Origin: an uncultured Methylophilaceae bacterium
GTDB lineage: Bacteria > Pseudomonadota > Gammaproteobacteria > Burkholderiales > Methylophilaceae
Assembly: GCA_903953055.1 (NCBI GenBank)
Contig: CAJBIA010000114.1
Span: 7,165-71,164, forward strand
Direction: 5' to 3'
DNA length: 64,000 nucleotides
The notes beneath the pieces are model-generated. The model did no database searches and had not been told where the DNA came from. It was given only the letters and a program-made list of their open reading frames with translations. Below, piece by piece: positions 42,795 to 54,815 of the stretch. The first letter of the stretch is position 1, and each line of letters opens with the position of its first letter. The translations under genes and the position numbers were made by a program.

Positions 42795-45380
42795 ATGCAA
42801 ATTAATCAAATAAAAACACACGAAGAAAGTCATGCCAGGATTTGGCGTGAGAAACTTAAACAAGCGCAATTGATGTTGCGTGAAAATTTTTTTCATCATA
42901 AAAATACAAGAAAATTACTCAAACAACAATCGAAACTCGTTGATGATGTTTTACAACAAGTCTGGCAACAATTCGAGCTAAGTCAATCAGTCAGTCTAGT
43001 AGCTGTAGGGGGTTACGGACGCGGTGAAATCTTTCCTTATTCCGATGTTGATTTGTTGATTCTATTGCCTAACTCAGTAGAAAAAAACCTAAATGAGCGG
43101 ATAGAAAATGTAATTGGATTGTTTTGGGACATTGGTTTGGCGGTTGGTCACAGCGTTCGCAATCTGGAAGAATGTATCATCGAAGCTCAAAAAGATGTCA
43201 CCGTCCAGACGAATCTGCTTGAATCTCGCCTAGTTATTGGAAATCCAGCTTTATTTAAGGATTTTCAAATGCAAATATCTGATGCAATGGATGTCGGGGC
43301 ATTCTACAAAGCAAAAGTTCATGAGCAAGAACAACGTTATGCGCGTTTTAATGACACAGCCTACAACTTAGAGCCTAACATCAAAGAAAGTCCAGGTGGG
43401 CTTAGAGATTTACAAGTGGTGCTATGGGTTCTAAGAAGTTTAAATCTCGGTGGCGACTGGAAAGCACTAGCAAAAGAAGGCCTCATTAGCCTAAGTGAGC
43501 TTAGAAAAATTTCCAAACATGAGCAGCACCTCCAAATGCTTCGAATTCGTCTGCATTACATGGCAAAGCGAAGAGAAGATAGGTTGATTTTTGATTTACA
43601 AAATGAATTAGCTCAAGACCTAGGCTTTATTAACACCAAAAATAATCGCGCAAGCGAGCAACTGATGCGGGATTATTATAAAAGCGCAAAAGCTGTCAGC
43701 TTGTTTAATGAAATTTTGCTCAAGTTGCTAAAAGAGTTAGCTTTGCCAGAAGCTCTGGAAATCAAGCCTATCAACGCAAGATTCGAATCTTACAACGGCC
43801 TTTTAAGCGCAAAATCAAACACCCTGCTTCAACGTAATCCCAGTTGTATTTTTGAAATATTTTTATTGCTTCAACAACATCCTGAATTGAGGGGCATCAG
43901 CGCGAGCCTACTTCGCACTTTGCAGCGCGTAAAAAACTTAGTTAATCGAGACTTTAGGCACGATGCTAAAAATAAAGAAATGTTTATAGAGATACTCAAA
44001 CAACCCAATGGGGTGACCGAAGCGCTAAGAGGAATGAATCGGTATGGGATATTAGGAAATTATATTCCGGCCTTTGGTCGTATTGTTGGCCAGATGCAAC
44101 ATGACTTGTTTCATGTATACACCGTCGATGAGCACATTCTTAATGTGCTAGGAAATTTAGAGCGATTTTCAATCAACGATTTAAAACATGAGTTTCCATT
44201 ATGCAGCAAGCTTTTTGCAACTTTTGAGTCTCCGCATTTGTTATACCTGGGAGCAATGTTTCATGATATTGCCAAGGGTCGTGGTGGAGATCACTCGCAG
44301 CTAGGCACTTCTGATGCAAAACTTTTTTGTAAGCAACATCGATTAAGCAAACAAGATGGCCATTTAGTTGCATGGTTAGTTGGCTTACATTTAACTATGT
44401 CTAGCACCGCGCAAAAATCAGATCTATCTAATCCGAAGGTGATTGAAGATTTTTCATTGCTTATGAAAAATGAACGCTATTTGATGGCGCTTTACCTGCT
44501 CACTGTTGCAGATATTTGCGGCACAAGCCCAAAAGTTTGGAATGCATGGAAAGCTAAGTTACTTGAAACTTTATTTCTAAAATCACAACGTCTATTAACA
44601 GGCAATGCTGGGGGCACCTTAGATGAGCTCATCACAAGGAAGGCTGAAGCACAATCGACACTAAGCCATTATGGTATTTTGGATCACTCATACCAGCCCC
44701 TATGGGAAAGTCTCGGACAACAGTATTTTCTTAAGCATACAAGCCAAGAAATTGCTTGGCATAGTCGATTACTTTTAGCCCACGTCAATTCAAAAAAGCC
44801 GATTGTGAGAGCTAGACTGAGTCCTGCAGGGGATGGCATCCAAGTGATGATCTATACCGAAGATAGAGATGATTTGTTTAGATGCATTTGTAGTTTCTTC
44901 GAACGGATTGGCTATAACATTTTAGAAGCAAAAATTCACACCACTAATCACGCCTATGCTTTAGATAGTTTTCTTGTTTCAGATCAGAGTGATAAATCTG
45001 TAAGTTACCGTGATTTATTGAGTTTTATTGAATTTGAGTTAGCTAATTCTTTAACAAGCAAGTTGCCATCTTTAACGCCATTAAAAGGCAGACTCAGCAG
45101 ACAAGTCAAACATATGCCGATTACATCAAATGTTCTGATAGAAAGTCTCTCTGATAGCAACAGTCACAAACTGGAGATTGTTGCAGGCGATAGACCCGGG
45201 TTGCTCTCAATCATTGCACATGCTTTTTTGATCAATAAGGTACAAATTCAAACCGCAAAGATTAATACTTTAGGGAAGCGCGCCGAGGATGTGTTTTTAA
45301 TTTCAGGAAAAAATGGTTCTAAATTAAATGAGGAAACCATTCGCGACCTTAAAAAATCTCTTATAGAAAGCTTTGATTAA
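42795..45380 (+). CDS. glnD: PII uridylyltransferase/uridylyl-removing enzyme
   Basis: AVGGYGRGE..PYSDVD, KESPGGLRD, HDIAKG, two ACT domains. Confidence 0.97.
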   Translation: MQINQIKTHEESHARIWREKLKQAQLMLRENFFHHKNTRKLLKQQSKLVDDVLQQVWQQFELSQSVSLVAVGGYGRGEIFPYSDVDLLILLPNSVEKNLNERIENVIGLFWDIGLAVGHSVRNLEECIIEAQKDVTVQTNLLESRLVIGNPALFKDFQMQISDAMDVGAFYKAKVHEQEQRYARFNDTAYNLEPNIKESPGGLRDLQVVLWVLRSLNLGGDWKALAKEGLISLSELRKISKHEQHLQMLRIRLHYMAKRREDRLIFDLQNELAQDLGFINTKNNRASEQLMRDYYKSAKAVSLFNEILLKLLKELALPEALEIKPINARFESYNGLLSAKSNTLLQRNPSCIFEIFLLLQQHPELRGISASLLRTLQRVKNLVNRDFRHDAKNKEMFIEILKQPNGVTEALRGMNRYGILGNYIPAFGRIVGQMQHDLFHVYTVDEHILNVLGNLERFSINDLKHEFPLCSKLFATFESPHLLYLGAMFHDIAKGRGGDHSQLGTSDAKLFCKQHRLSKQDGHLVAWLVGLHLTMSSTAQKSDLSNPKVIEDFSLLMKNERYLMALYLLTVADICGTSPKVWNAWKAKLLETLFLKSQRLLTGNAGGTLDELITRKAEAQSTLSHYGILDHSYQPLWESLGQQYFLKHTSQEIAWHSRLLLAHVNSKKPIVRARLSPAGDGIQVMIYTEDRDDLFRCICSFFERIGYNILEAKIHTTNHAYALDSFLVSDQSDKSVSYRDLLSFIEFELANSLTSKLPSLTPLKGRLSRQVKHMPITSNVLIESLSDSNSHKLEIVAGDRPGLLSIIAHAFLINKVQIQTAKINTLGKRAEDVFLISGKNGSKLNEETIRDLKKSLIESFD

Positions 45381-46027
45381 GCGCCGATTGTAATTAACGG
45401 CATTAAGTCTGTAGGATGCTTAATCAAAAAATCTGCGCCCCAGCGCATTGGCTCGTCAGTAGAATCAATGTAACCATATAAAGCAACTACTGTCTTCATG
45501 CCAGCGGCATTGCCAGCCTCAATATCGCGCGCAGCATCACCAACATAAAAACACTCCTCTGGCTTCACTGCACTCTGCGCACAGGCTAAAAGCAGAGTAT
45601 CTGGGGCTGGCTTAGGGCGTGGCGCATCATCTCCGCAAATTAAACAAGTCATTGGTGTCGGCAATTGAATTGATTCGAGCAAGGGTGCTGCGAAGCGTCT
45701 AGGTTTATTAGTCACGACGCCCCATTTAATATCTTGATGATGTAAAGCCAAAAGCAGATCAGCGATACCTTCAAAAAATACTGGAGAGCGCGTAAAGACT
45801 TGATTGTAAAAATTTAAGTACTCAGCCTGCATCTTACCGAAAGCTTCATCCTCAGGCCGCAAATCGAAACCTATGCTTAATAAGCCCACCGATCCGTGTG
45901 AAGCATAAGGGCGAATAATATCGGGAGTTAATTTTTCTAATCCGTGACGTTCACGTTGCAAATTAAGTGCGTAAGCTAAGTCAGGGGCTGTGTCGACAAG
46001 CGTGCCATCAAGATCGAATAAAATCAT
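45377..46027 (-). CDS. gph: HAD phosphatase (phosphoglycolate phosphatase / MupP-like)
   Basis: [20 protein letters not shown]; ubiG-gph synteny. Confidence 0.85.
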   Translation of the reverse strand: MILFDLDGTLVDTAPDLAYALNLQRERHGLEKLTPDIIRPYASHGSVGLLSIGFDLRPEDEAFGKMQAEYLNFYNQVFTRSPVFFEGIADLLLALHHQDIKWGVVTNKPRRFAAPLLESIQLPTPMTCLICGDDAPRPKPAPDTLLLACAQSAVKPEECFYVGDAARDIEAGNAAGMKTVVALYGYIDSTDEPMRWGADFLIKHPTDLMPLITIGA

Positions 46028-46752
46028 AGTTGTGGCTTAACTGTATGAATAAGATAATTGACTGAAACATCATCACCTAATGAATAATGATCACTCAGTG
46101 GGTTATACGACATTCCCTTGATTCCATCAATATTCAGGCCAGCTATCCTTGCCCATGAAGACAACTCTGAGGGCTTAATAAACTTTTGATACTCATGGGT
46201 TCCCTTTGGAAGCATATTGAGCAAATATTCAGCGCCAATTACTGCAAATAGGTAGGCTTTTGGATTTCTGTTGATGGTAGAGAAGAACACTGTGCCCCCT
46301 GGCTTAACCAATTGTGAGCATGCGCGAACCACTGCTGCTGGGTCAGGAACATGCTCAAGCATTTCCATACAAGTGACCACATCAAAGGTCGTAGGAACTT
46401 CATTGGCTAAGTCCTCTACTGAGATTAAACGGTAGCTGACATTAGACCCCGATTCTAACTGATGAAGTTTGGCGACGTTAAGTGCCTTTTCACCTAAATC
46501 TATTCCTGTGACCCTTGCGCCCCTCTCAGCCATAGCTTCTGAAAGAATCCCCCCGCCGCAACCAACATCTAAAACACATTTGCCTTGTAAGTTAACAAGG
46601 TCATCAATAAATTTTAAACGTAAGGGATTTATCGCATGCAGGGGTTTAAATTCGCTGGTTTTGTCCCACCATCGATGTGCAAGGCTCGCAAACTTTTCAA
46701 GCTCTGCAGGATCTACATTTACGCCTTGTGTTGATTTAATTTCGATTGCCAT
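46024..46752 (-). CDS. ubiG: Ubiquinone biosynthesis O-methyltransferase
   Basis: WWDxxSEFKPLH, [17 protein letters not shown]. Confidence 0.97.
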   Translation of the reverse strand: MAIEIKSTQGVNVDPAELEKFASLAHRWWDKTSEFKPLHAINPLRLKFIDDLVNLQGKCVLDVGCGGGILSEAMAERGARVTGIDLGEKALNVAKLHQLESGSNVSYRLISVEDLANEVPTTFDVVTCMEMLEHVPDPAAVVRACSQLVKPGGTVFFSTINRNPKAYLFAVIGAEYLLNMLPKGTHEYQKFIKPSELSSWARIAGLNIDGIKGMSYNPLSDHYSLGDDVSVNYLIHTVKPQL

Positions 46753-48071
46753 AACAATACAATTTCCTTTAGTTCATTAGGTTCAATGTTCGCGTAAAGT
46801 CCTGCTAATTGGGAGGAGCGTTCAAAACGCAAATCTCCAGCAACCCAAACATGACTCACATGTTCACGACCGCATGCATAGATCAGATGAGATAGAGGGT
46901 CAAAGCAAGGTAAAGTTTCGACATCCGAAATCCTTACTGCAGTTAAGTCGGCAAACTTTCCGACTTCAATTGAGCCGACTTGATTATCCAGACCTAATGC
47001 TCTAGCACTATTAATAGTTGCCATCGCTAATGCCTGTTCTGCAGGAATACTGGTGGCATCTTCTGAAATTGCCTTGGCCAATAGAGCGCTCATCCGCATC
47101 TCAGCAAACATATCTTGCCTATTGTTGCTCGCGGCACCATCGCTTCCTAATCCAACATTAACACCAGCATTAAATAAGTTGTTGATAGGTGCAATACCGC
47201 TTGCCAGCTTTGCATTTGAGCTTGGGCAATGTGCAACATGACAGCCATATGCACTTAACAAATCTATATCTTCATCATTGATTTGAACGCAGTGCGCAGC
47301 AATCAGACCTGGACCTAAAAGACCTAAATTCGCCATCCGTTTAATTGGGCGCACGCCGTATTTTTCAATACTCTGAGCAATTTCAGCTTTGGTTTCATGT
47401 AAATGGGTATGAATTCCTAGGTTAAGTTGCTCAGCATAAGTGATAATTTTTTCAAAGGTCGTATCTTCAACGGTATATGGCGCATGAGGCGCCAAACTTG
47501 CTGATAACAATGGATTGCCTCGCCAAGCATCACGAAAGAGCAACCCCTTTTCAATATAATCATCAGCATTATTGGCATAATTCGTAGGGAACTCTAAAAC
47601 AACCAAACCAAGCTGAACGCGCATCCCCGCCTGAAGAGCAGCTTCTGCCGTTGCTTGGGGATGAAAATACATATCATTAAAACAAGTGACGCCACCCGCC
47701 AACATTTCAGCGCATCCAAACAAGGCACTATCACGCACAAACTTTTCGGATACGATTTGTTGCTCGGCAGGCCAAATATGATTTTGCAACCAAGGCATCA
47801 ATGCCAAATCGTCAGCCAAGCCGCGCATCAGGGTCATCCCCGCATGGGCGTGGAGATTGATTAGACCGGGAGTTAGCACATGGTCATGAAGCGCAACAAT
47901 CTTGGTGGCGTCATAACTTGACCTAGCTATTGCTGTCGGGGCAATGTCAACAATATTGCCTTGATGAATAACTACCGAAGTATTCTCAAGGACTTGATTT
48001 TGAGGGACAACAGGAATGACCCAACGTGCATCAATCATCAAATCTACATTTTTTTTACTGCTATCAGTCAT
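46719..48071 (-). CDS. mtaD: TRZ/ATZ amidohydrolase, probable MTA/SAH deaminase
   Basis: [29 protein letters not shown]; mtaD-ubiG-gph synteny. Confidence 0.85.
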   Translation of the reverse strand: MTDSSKKNVDLMIDARWVIPVVPQNQVLENTSVVIHQGNIVDIAPTAIARSSYDATKIVALHDHVLTPGLINLHAHAGMTLMRGLADDLALMPWLQNHIWPAEQQIVSEKFVRDSALFGCAEMLAGGVTCFNDMYFHPQATAEAALQAGMRVQLGLVVLEFPTNYANNADDYIEKGLLFRDAWRGNPLLSASLAPHAPYTVEDTTFEKIITYAEQLNLGIHTHLHETKAEIAQSIEKYGVRPIKRMANLGLLGPGLIAAHCVQINDEDIDLLSAYGCHVAHCPSSNAKLASGIAPINNLFNAGVNVGLGSDGAASNNRQDMFAEMRMSALLAKAISEDATSIPAEQALAMATINSARALGLDNQVGSIEVGKFADLTAVRISDVETLPCFDPLSHLIYACGREHVSHVWVAGDLRFERSSQLAGLYANIEPNELKEIVLLWQSKLNQHKA

Positions 48072-48165
48072 ATCTCTCGCACAAGAAGTACCGTCTAAAA
48101 GAAGGCCTTAATTAAAGCATATTAAAAGTTATTTACAAGCGGTTTTACATCGATTGCGCCTTGTT

Positions 48166-48828
48166 TTAATGCAGCATGCTTCTGATGCGATTAATTTTAG
48201 TGATATCCAAATCTAATGTTCTTTGCGATTGTTCACAAAGTGCACCACGAAAACCTAGATAGGTCGGCTTAAGGGTAGTTAGCATATTAAGATGTATTTC
48301 ACCAATTGAACCTGCCAATCCTGTTTGAAGCCTTAGGCCTGTCGCCCAGTTTATAAATTTAGCCAACTCATTGATATTCATATGATTCAGTAAATCACCG
48401 CCATTCTTATCGGCGGTATCTAACATTGCGCCGTAAAAGCCCATCTCTGCAACAAGTGGCAATAAATCTAAATTAGGTAAATCGTCGGCGAACATAACAG
48501 CGATAAGCTTATTGTTAGCAGCTAGGGGTTTTAACGCAGTCAAACACTCAACATGTGATGATTGTCCAAAAAGACCAATTTTCACAATATCAACCCCTAG
48601 GCCCAACATAGATTCAGTTGCATCAAATATTAATTTTGGCTGCATAGGTAAATCGCCGATAGTCGCACTTACTAGATTGCGATGATTGATTGCATGAACA
48701 ATGTCCTTCACTAACCCTTGATCAAGTGCTCCCAAGGCTCCGCCCATGGGGTTTTTTAAATCAATCATATCAACACCAGCATCAAGCACAAGGAGCGCCT
48801 CCTTGAGGCTTCTAACGCTAGCTAGCAT
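48166..48828 (-). CDS. DUF556 / MfnB-like (5-formylfuran-3-yl)methyl phosphate synthase (methylotroph Orf22)
   Basis: MLASV..EA, IDLKNPxxGALGAL, SATIGD, VKIG, MLDTADK, GLAGS, LGFRGALC. Start uncertain, could extend to 48879. Confidence 0.88.
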   Translation of the reverse strand: MLASVRSLKEALLVLDAGVDMIDLKNPMGGALGALDQGLVKDIVHAINHRNLVSATIGDLPMQPKLIFDATESMLGLGVDIVKIGLFGQSSHVECLTALKPLAANNKLIAVMFADDLPNLDLLPLVAEMGFYGAMLDTADKNGGDLLNHMNINELAKFINWATGLRLQTGLAGSIGEIHLNMLTTLKPTYLGFRGALCEQSQRTLDLDITKINRIRSMLH

Positions 48829-48847
48829 CTTGATAGGGGATGAAAGG

Positions 48848-49444
48848 TTATGCAAAATTGTCTCCGCAAAATTGAGCACAATGGTTATCTACCGCTTCAA
48901 CCAACCATTCCCAGGCTTCCAACTCGTTATCCCCTGCCGTTTTTTCAATGGCAATGCGAAGATATTCCATTTCGGAAATGATTTTATCAATCGGCAAGAG
49001 ATGCAAACGGCTTACTAATACGCACAAATCAACAACTGCGGCTTGTGCTCGGTTATAACCTTGAAAAGATTTAAGAGTTTCTTCTTGAATGACCTTAAAG
49101 TAGAGTTTAGGACGCTGCTCATCCTCCTCCATTTTTTCTAAATTGATCACTTTGTAACTGAGGGCGGATTCAAGGACGAGGGCTTCACCAGAACGCTCAA
49201 CCAACCAATCGCGACGCCCTGTTAATGCGCCTGCGAAAACTCTTACATCGTCTGTCGTGTTGATAGTTGCAATTCGCTCCCTCAATAAATTATCCAGGCT
49301 GATAGAGGGTTTAAAAGGAGCAATTAATATAAAACCATTCCGTTCACGCACACCAAATGGGGCGATATGTGGTGTGCCGTTAGCGCACTCGGTAATTAAA
49401 ATAATCTCATTGATCTTTTCTGAGGTTTTATCGGAAGCAATCAT
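48848..49444 (-). CDS. DUF447 family protein (methylotroph Orf19, H4MPT-linked)
   Basis: HIAPFG, APFKPS.SLDNL, GYNRAQAAV, AIEKTAGxxExEAW; cluster context. Confidence 0.85.
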   Translation of the reverse strand: MIASDKTSEKINEIILITECANGTPHIAPFGVRERNGFILIAPFKPSISLDNLLRERIATINTTDDVRVFAGALTGRRDWLVERSGEALVLESALSYKVINLEKMEEDEQRPKLYFKVIQEETLKSFQGYNRAQAAVVDLCVLVSRLHLLPIDKIISEMEYLRIAIEKTAGDNELEAWEWLVEAVDNHCAQFCGDNFA

Positions 49445-50835
49445 GACTTTTGTTTTTTTTCTTTCATGGAAGCTTCGCGGTGAGCTGTTTTACCCTCTTG
49501 GTTACTTTTTAAGGTATTAACGCCCCATTCCAGCTCCTCGTCTTGCGTGTAGCGTTTTTTTAGCTGCCAAGCTATTTGCGCTCTCGCTAATTCGACTCCA
49601 AGGTAGAACGCATGAGATCCATCAGCTTCAACTTGCAAATACGGATATAGCTTAAATGGATCAACATCGCTAAACAAACCATCGCGGTTGTAGATATGCA
49701 GACCCTCTTTACTCACCTGGATTCTGAAACTTGGATCTTTAATTTGTGCTGAAAATTCAGCGATTTCTTCAGCGCTATAAGTAAATGGCCTTCGATCATG
49801 CAAACCCAATAAACCAGCACTGAAATCCCTTGGTAAGCGATTTTCTTCTCTGGAAGCAAACATCATTCGTCTTGCCAGATCGGCTTCCGCAACAGCATTA
49901 ATTGCATGTGGACTGACGGATGTCGCTAGAACTGCGTTGATCTTCAGCTCGGTGATAATCCCAAACAAAATGGCGTTAATACCAGTAGTATCAGCATCGG
50001 TAAGCTCAGTAATATTTCCAACACCCATCATGATTTGAATTTCTGGATAACGCCTACGTAGCTTTTGATAACGCACAATAGATTCCGTGAACCCAAATGG
50101 AATGGGATCGAGAATTGCATCTGCTAAAAATGGCTTTCCGATTTTCAGCATCCCCTCAATTGCTCGGTATAAAGAAGGCAAGCTTCCAGGCCGTGCAGGA
50201 ATTAAAATTGGAATTGCATCCACTTCTTTTGCTATCCACAAGCTATTTTCAGTAAGGCTCAGCAAATAATCAGCGCCACATTTACCAGCCAACAATAAGT
50301 CATCAGCATTTAATGAATCCACGCTCACTTTAAAGCCAGCTTCTTTAAGCGTTTTAATGGATTCAGCTAGATGAGGAAAAGGTGTATTTGGCAAACAACC
50401 TAAATCAATGACATTTGCACCCTGTGCTCTAAAATGCTGCGCGCGCGCCAAAATATCTTCGATAGCCAATTGAGGTGCATCAACGATTTCGGCAAAAATA
50501 TTGACGTCATAGTGGGATAAGTCTGGCAATTTGCCACCGTGTCCAAAATATTCTGGCAAATCCTTTAAGTCAATTGGTCCGCGAGCGACCGGGACGCCGT
50601 ACTTGTCTTCGAGCATCGTTAGATCGCCACAACATAAGCCGGGCACAATTATCTTATTCGCGTCGCCAACATTAGGTAAACGCCGCGCAATGAGCTCTGG
50701 CGTCATAAGGGCTGCGACCGATACGCCAATCTGTGTAATGCGATACTTGAAAGGGGCTGGCTCCATGCTTGCTAAAACTTGATGCAAGCTTTTTTCAGCC
50801 AGTTTTCCTGTTAAAAAGAGGAGGCTTTCAGACAT
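49441..50835 (-). CDS. Dihydropteroate synthase-like protein (methylotroph Orf20, DUF6513/DUF4346)
   Basis: FLTGKLA, GPIDLKDLP, FAEIVDAP, IDLGC, GVGNITELTDAD, HAFYLGVEL..YxQDE. Confidence 0.88.
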   Translation of the reverse strand: MSESLLFLTGKLAEKSLHQVLASMEPAPFKYRITQIGVSVAALMTPELIARRLPNVGDANKIIVPGLCCGDLTMLEDKYGVPVARGPIDLKDLPEYFGHGGKLPDLSHYDVNIFAEIVDAPQLAIEDILARAQHFRAQGANVIDLGCLPNTPFPHLAESIKTLKEAGFKVSVDSLNADDLLLAGKCGADYLLSLTENSLWIAKEVDAIPILIPARPGSLPSLYRAIEGMLKIGKPFLADAILDPIPFGFTESIVRYQKLRRRYPEIQIMMGVGNITELTDADTTGINAILFGIITELKINAVLATSVSPHAINAVAEADLARRMMFASREENRLPRDFSAGLLGLHDRRPFTYSAEEIAEFSAQIKDPSFRIQVSKEGLHIYNRDGLFSDVDPFKLYPYLQVEADGSHAFYLGVELARAQIAWQLKKRYTQDEELEWGVNTLKSNQEGKTAHREASMKEKKQKS

Positions 50836-51358
50836 GCTAGTCTAGCCTGAATGGAGTTATCGAGCTGTTGCATATCCTCGACCACGGTTGTTTGTTCGAA
50901 TAATTTAAGCTTTGCCGTATTCTCTAGGTCGATACGGCGGGGATAAATCTTCACCATATTTTCTCGAGGCGCCTCTGACTCAATTTCTTCTTCGGTATCA
51001 CAAGCGAATACTATACTTGGAACGCGACATTTTCCGGCTTGAGCAAAAATATTAGTCACTAAGTTATCTGAAATGCCACATACCATTTTAGCAACGGTAT
51101 TCGAGGTTGTCGGCGCAATCACCACCGTATGATAAGTCCGTTGATAAAACAACTCCACAGGGACAGAACTTGCTGTTTTATCTTGATAGACCTTGCCAAT
51201 CTTATGTTTGTATCCATATTGCTGAAGAATTTCAGCAGCGGCTTTGCTAAGAAATAAATCAACATCATCTAGCTTGTTGAAAATATCAATACATTCGCGC
51301 AAATAATGACCTGATCCGGTCAAGGCCCAGGCCATGCGCTGTTTTTCAACAGGTTTCA

Positions 51359-51359
<1 letters not shown>
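50811..51359 (-). CDS. AfpA/DmrB-like flavoprotein, probable dihydromethanopterin reductase
   Basis: AWALTGSGH, APTTSNTVAK..GISDNLVTN..AQAGK; no 4Fe-4S Cys motifs; cluster context. Confidence 0.85.
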
Positions 51360-52684
<1,325 letters not shown>

Positions 52685-52757
52685 TTACCTAGTAATATTC
52701 AAGTGCTTTTTTAATTTTCTACTGCTTATATCTTTTATTGCTCTGATAGGCCAATAC

Positions 52758-53912
52758 TTATAGGGCAATGACTTGCCACTGACCTGCTTGATGGACTAAT
52801 TTTCTATCACAATTAAGTTCTTGTTTGTATGCCTCGTGGCCCGGAAGCTCTTGAACCACTTTCTCACCAGACGCTCTCAATGAATTGATTTTATTTAACA
52901 AGGATACTTCTTTTCCATAAGGCGCAAGAATGCCTTTTTTTACAGTTCGCGGAGGAATCGCCTTAATCAAGCCACGCAAGTCCAAGCTAAAACCTGTTGC
53001 TGCGCGAGAACGACCAAAGGCGCGCCCAACCTCGTCATATCTTCCACCGTATGCTAATGGACCTGAACAGCCTTGAGCATATGCAGCAAACACCATGCCA
53101 CTATGGTAGTGATAGCCACGAAGCTCGGCTAAATCGAAACTTAACCCTACTCCCAAGTCTGCGAGTTCTGATGCGACTTGCTTCAGGTCATTTAATGCTT
53201 TAGTGATTTCGGGGGTTTTTGGTAAGTCCTTTGCCGCAGCGTCTAAGACATCCGCATCACCATTTAACTCAGTCAAGCGACATAATGCTTTACAATTGCT
53301 TGCATCAAAATCTTTGGTAAGCGCTATTATTTCAGTTTGATCCTTACTTTGAAGTGCTTGATATATCGATTGTTTTAATGACTCGCTACCTTTTGCCTGA
53401 CTTATTAGACTGTCGAATATGCCGACATGACTAAAGTCAATTTGTAATGCTTCAACCCCGGCAGCTTGTAAGGTTTTAACCATCAACCTTTGGATTTCAA
53501 TATCAGCTTCAATCCCTGAGTGACCGAACAACTCGGCTCCTAATTGCATAGGTTGACGTGTATGCGCCAAACCATCAGGGGTGGTTCTTAATACACTGCC
53601 AGCATAACAAAGTCGGGTAACCCCCTGATTGTTAAGCATATGGGCATCAATACGCGCTGCTTGAGGAGTGATGTCTGCGCGAATTCCCATCAGCCTACCC
53701 GTTAATTGATCAACCACCTTAAATGTTGCTAAATCTAAATCATGGGCCACGCCGGTGATTAAAGACTCCAAGTATTCCAGCATGGGTGGAATGACAAGCT
53801 GATAACCATTTACGTCTAAGAGATCAAGCAGTGATCTACGCAAAGACTCAATCTGCATGGCTTTAGCAGGCAGCACATCTTCGATATATTCAGGTAGTAG
53901 CCAATTACGCAT
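52758..53912 (-). CDS. hisZ: ATP phosphoribosyltransferase regulatory subunit
   Basis: WLLPExIEDVLP, RADITPQ, YHYHSG, GGRYD; upstream of purA. Confidence 0.95.
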   Translation of the reverse strand: MRNWLLPEYIEDVLPAKAMQIESLRRSLLDLLDVNGYQLVIPPMLEYLESLITGVAHDLDLATFKVVDQLTGRLMGIRADITPQAARIDAHMLNNQGVTRLCYAGSVLRTTPDGLAHTRQPMQLGAELFGHSGIEADIEIQRLMVKTLQAAGVEALQIDFSHVGIFDSLISQAKGSESLKQSIYQALQSKDQTEIIALTKDFDASNCKALCRLTELNGDADVLDAAAKDLPKTPEITKALNDLKQVASELADLGVGLSFDLAELRGYHYHSGMVFAAYAQGCSGPLAYGGRYDEVGRAFGRSRAATGFSLDLRGLIKAIPPRTVKKGILAPYGKEVSLLNKINSLRASGEKVVQELPGHEAYKQELNCDRKLVHQAGQWQVIAL

Positions 53913-53927
53913 AAAAACTCAAATCAA

Positions 53928-54800
53928 TTAACGTTTAGCGCCAGAGTTGCGCATGTATTTTAAAAAGTCTGAACTAGGCTCAAGCACCATCACATCACTC
54001 TTGCTCTTAAAGCTATTGCGATAGGCTTCTAAGCTACGATAAAAGGCATAAAACTCAGGATTTTTACCATAGGCTGCTGAATATATCCCAGCGGCAGTTG
54101 CATCTCCCTCGCCCTTGACGCGCTGGGCTTCTTTAAATGCCTCAGCGACAATCACTTCACGCTGTCTGTCCGCATCGGCACGTATTTTTTCTGCCGCGGC
54201 CGAGCCTTCGGAACGCAACTGATTAGCAACGCCCTTCCGCTCTGCCTCCATGCGATCGTAAACGGAATTGCTCACGTTCTCAGGTAAGTCAACACGTTTA
54301 ATACGGACATCCAATACTTGAATGCCAATTTGACGTGAATCACGGTCAGCACGTTGACGGAGGATTTCCATAATTTGACCTCGCTCACCTGACACCACGT
54401 CATGGATGGTACGTTTACCAAATTCAGCCCTTAGGCCATCATTTACTGTTTGAGATAAACGACGCTCTGCTTGCACCTCATCGCCTTTGACAGAAACGTA
54501 ATACTTTTGGGGGTCGATAATGCGCCACTTAACGAAAGAGTCCACCAAGACATTTTTCTTTTCACTCGTGATGAAGCGGTCCGGCTCTTCCCAGTTGAGC
54601 GTCAAAATGCGATTGTCGAAATAAACCACATTCTCAACAAAAGGCATCTTGAAATACAAACCAGGGGTTTTTTCAATGGCGACAACTTCACCTAAACGCT
54701 TAACTAAAGCATATTCACGCTGGTCAACAGTAAACAAGGATGCACTGATAATGACAATTGCCAGCAACAAACCGATCATGACTAAACCTATATTTTTCAT
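53928..54800 (-). CDS. hflC: FtsH modulator HflC
   Basis: SPFH domain, RMEAER, FYAFYRSLEAY. Confidence 0.97.
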   Translation of the reverse strand: MKNIGLVMIGLLLAIVIISASLFTVDQREYALVKRLGEVVAIEKTPGLYFKMPFVENVVYFDNRILTLNWEEPDRFITSEKKNVLVDSFVKWRIIDPQKYYVSVKGDEVQAERRLSQTVNDGLRAEFGKRTIHDVVSGERGQIMEILRQRADRDSRQIGIQVLDVRIKRVDLPENVSNSVYDRMEAERKGVANQLRSEGSAAAEKIRADADRQREVIVAEAFKEAQRVKGEGDATAAGIYSAAYGKNPEFYAFYRSLEAYRNSFKSKSDVMVLEPSSDFLKYMRNSGAKR

Positions 54801-54815
54801 CTCAATCCTTCACTT

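Noticed and set aside
46719-48071. The deaminase as part of the methanopterin cassette
   Set aside because: mtaD-ubiG-gph is a widespread block in non-methylotrophs, and a 94 bp spacer separates it from the cassette.
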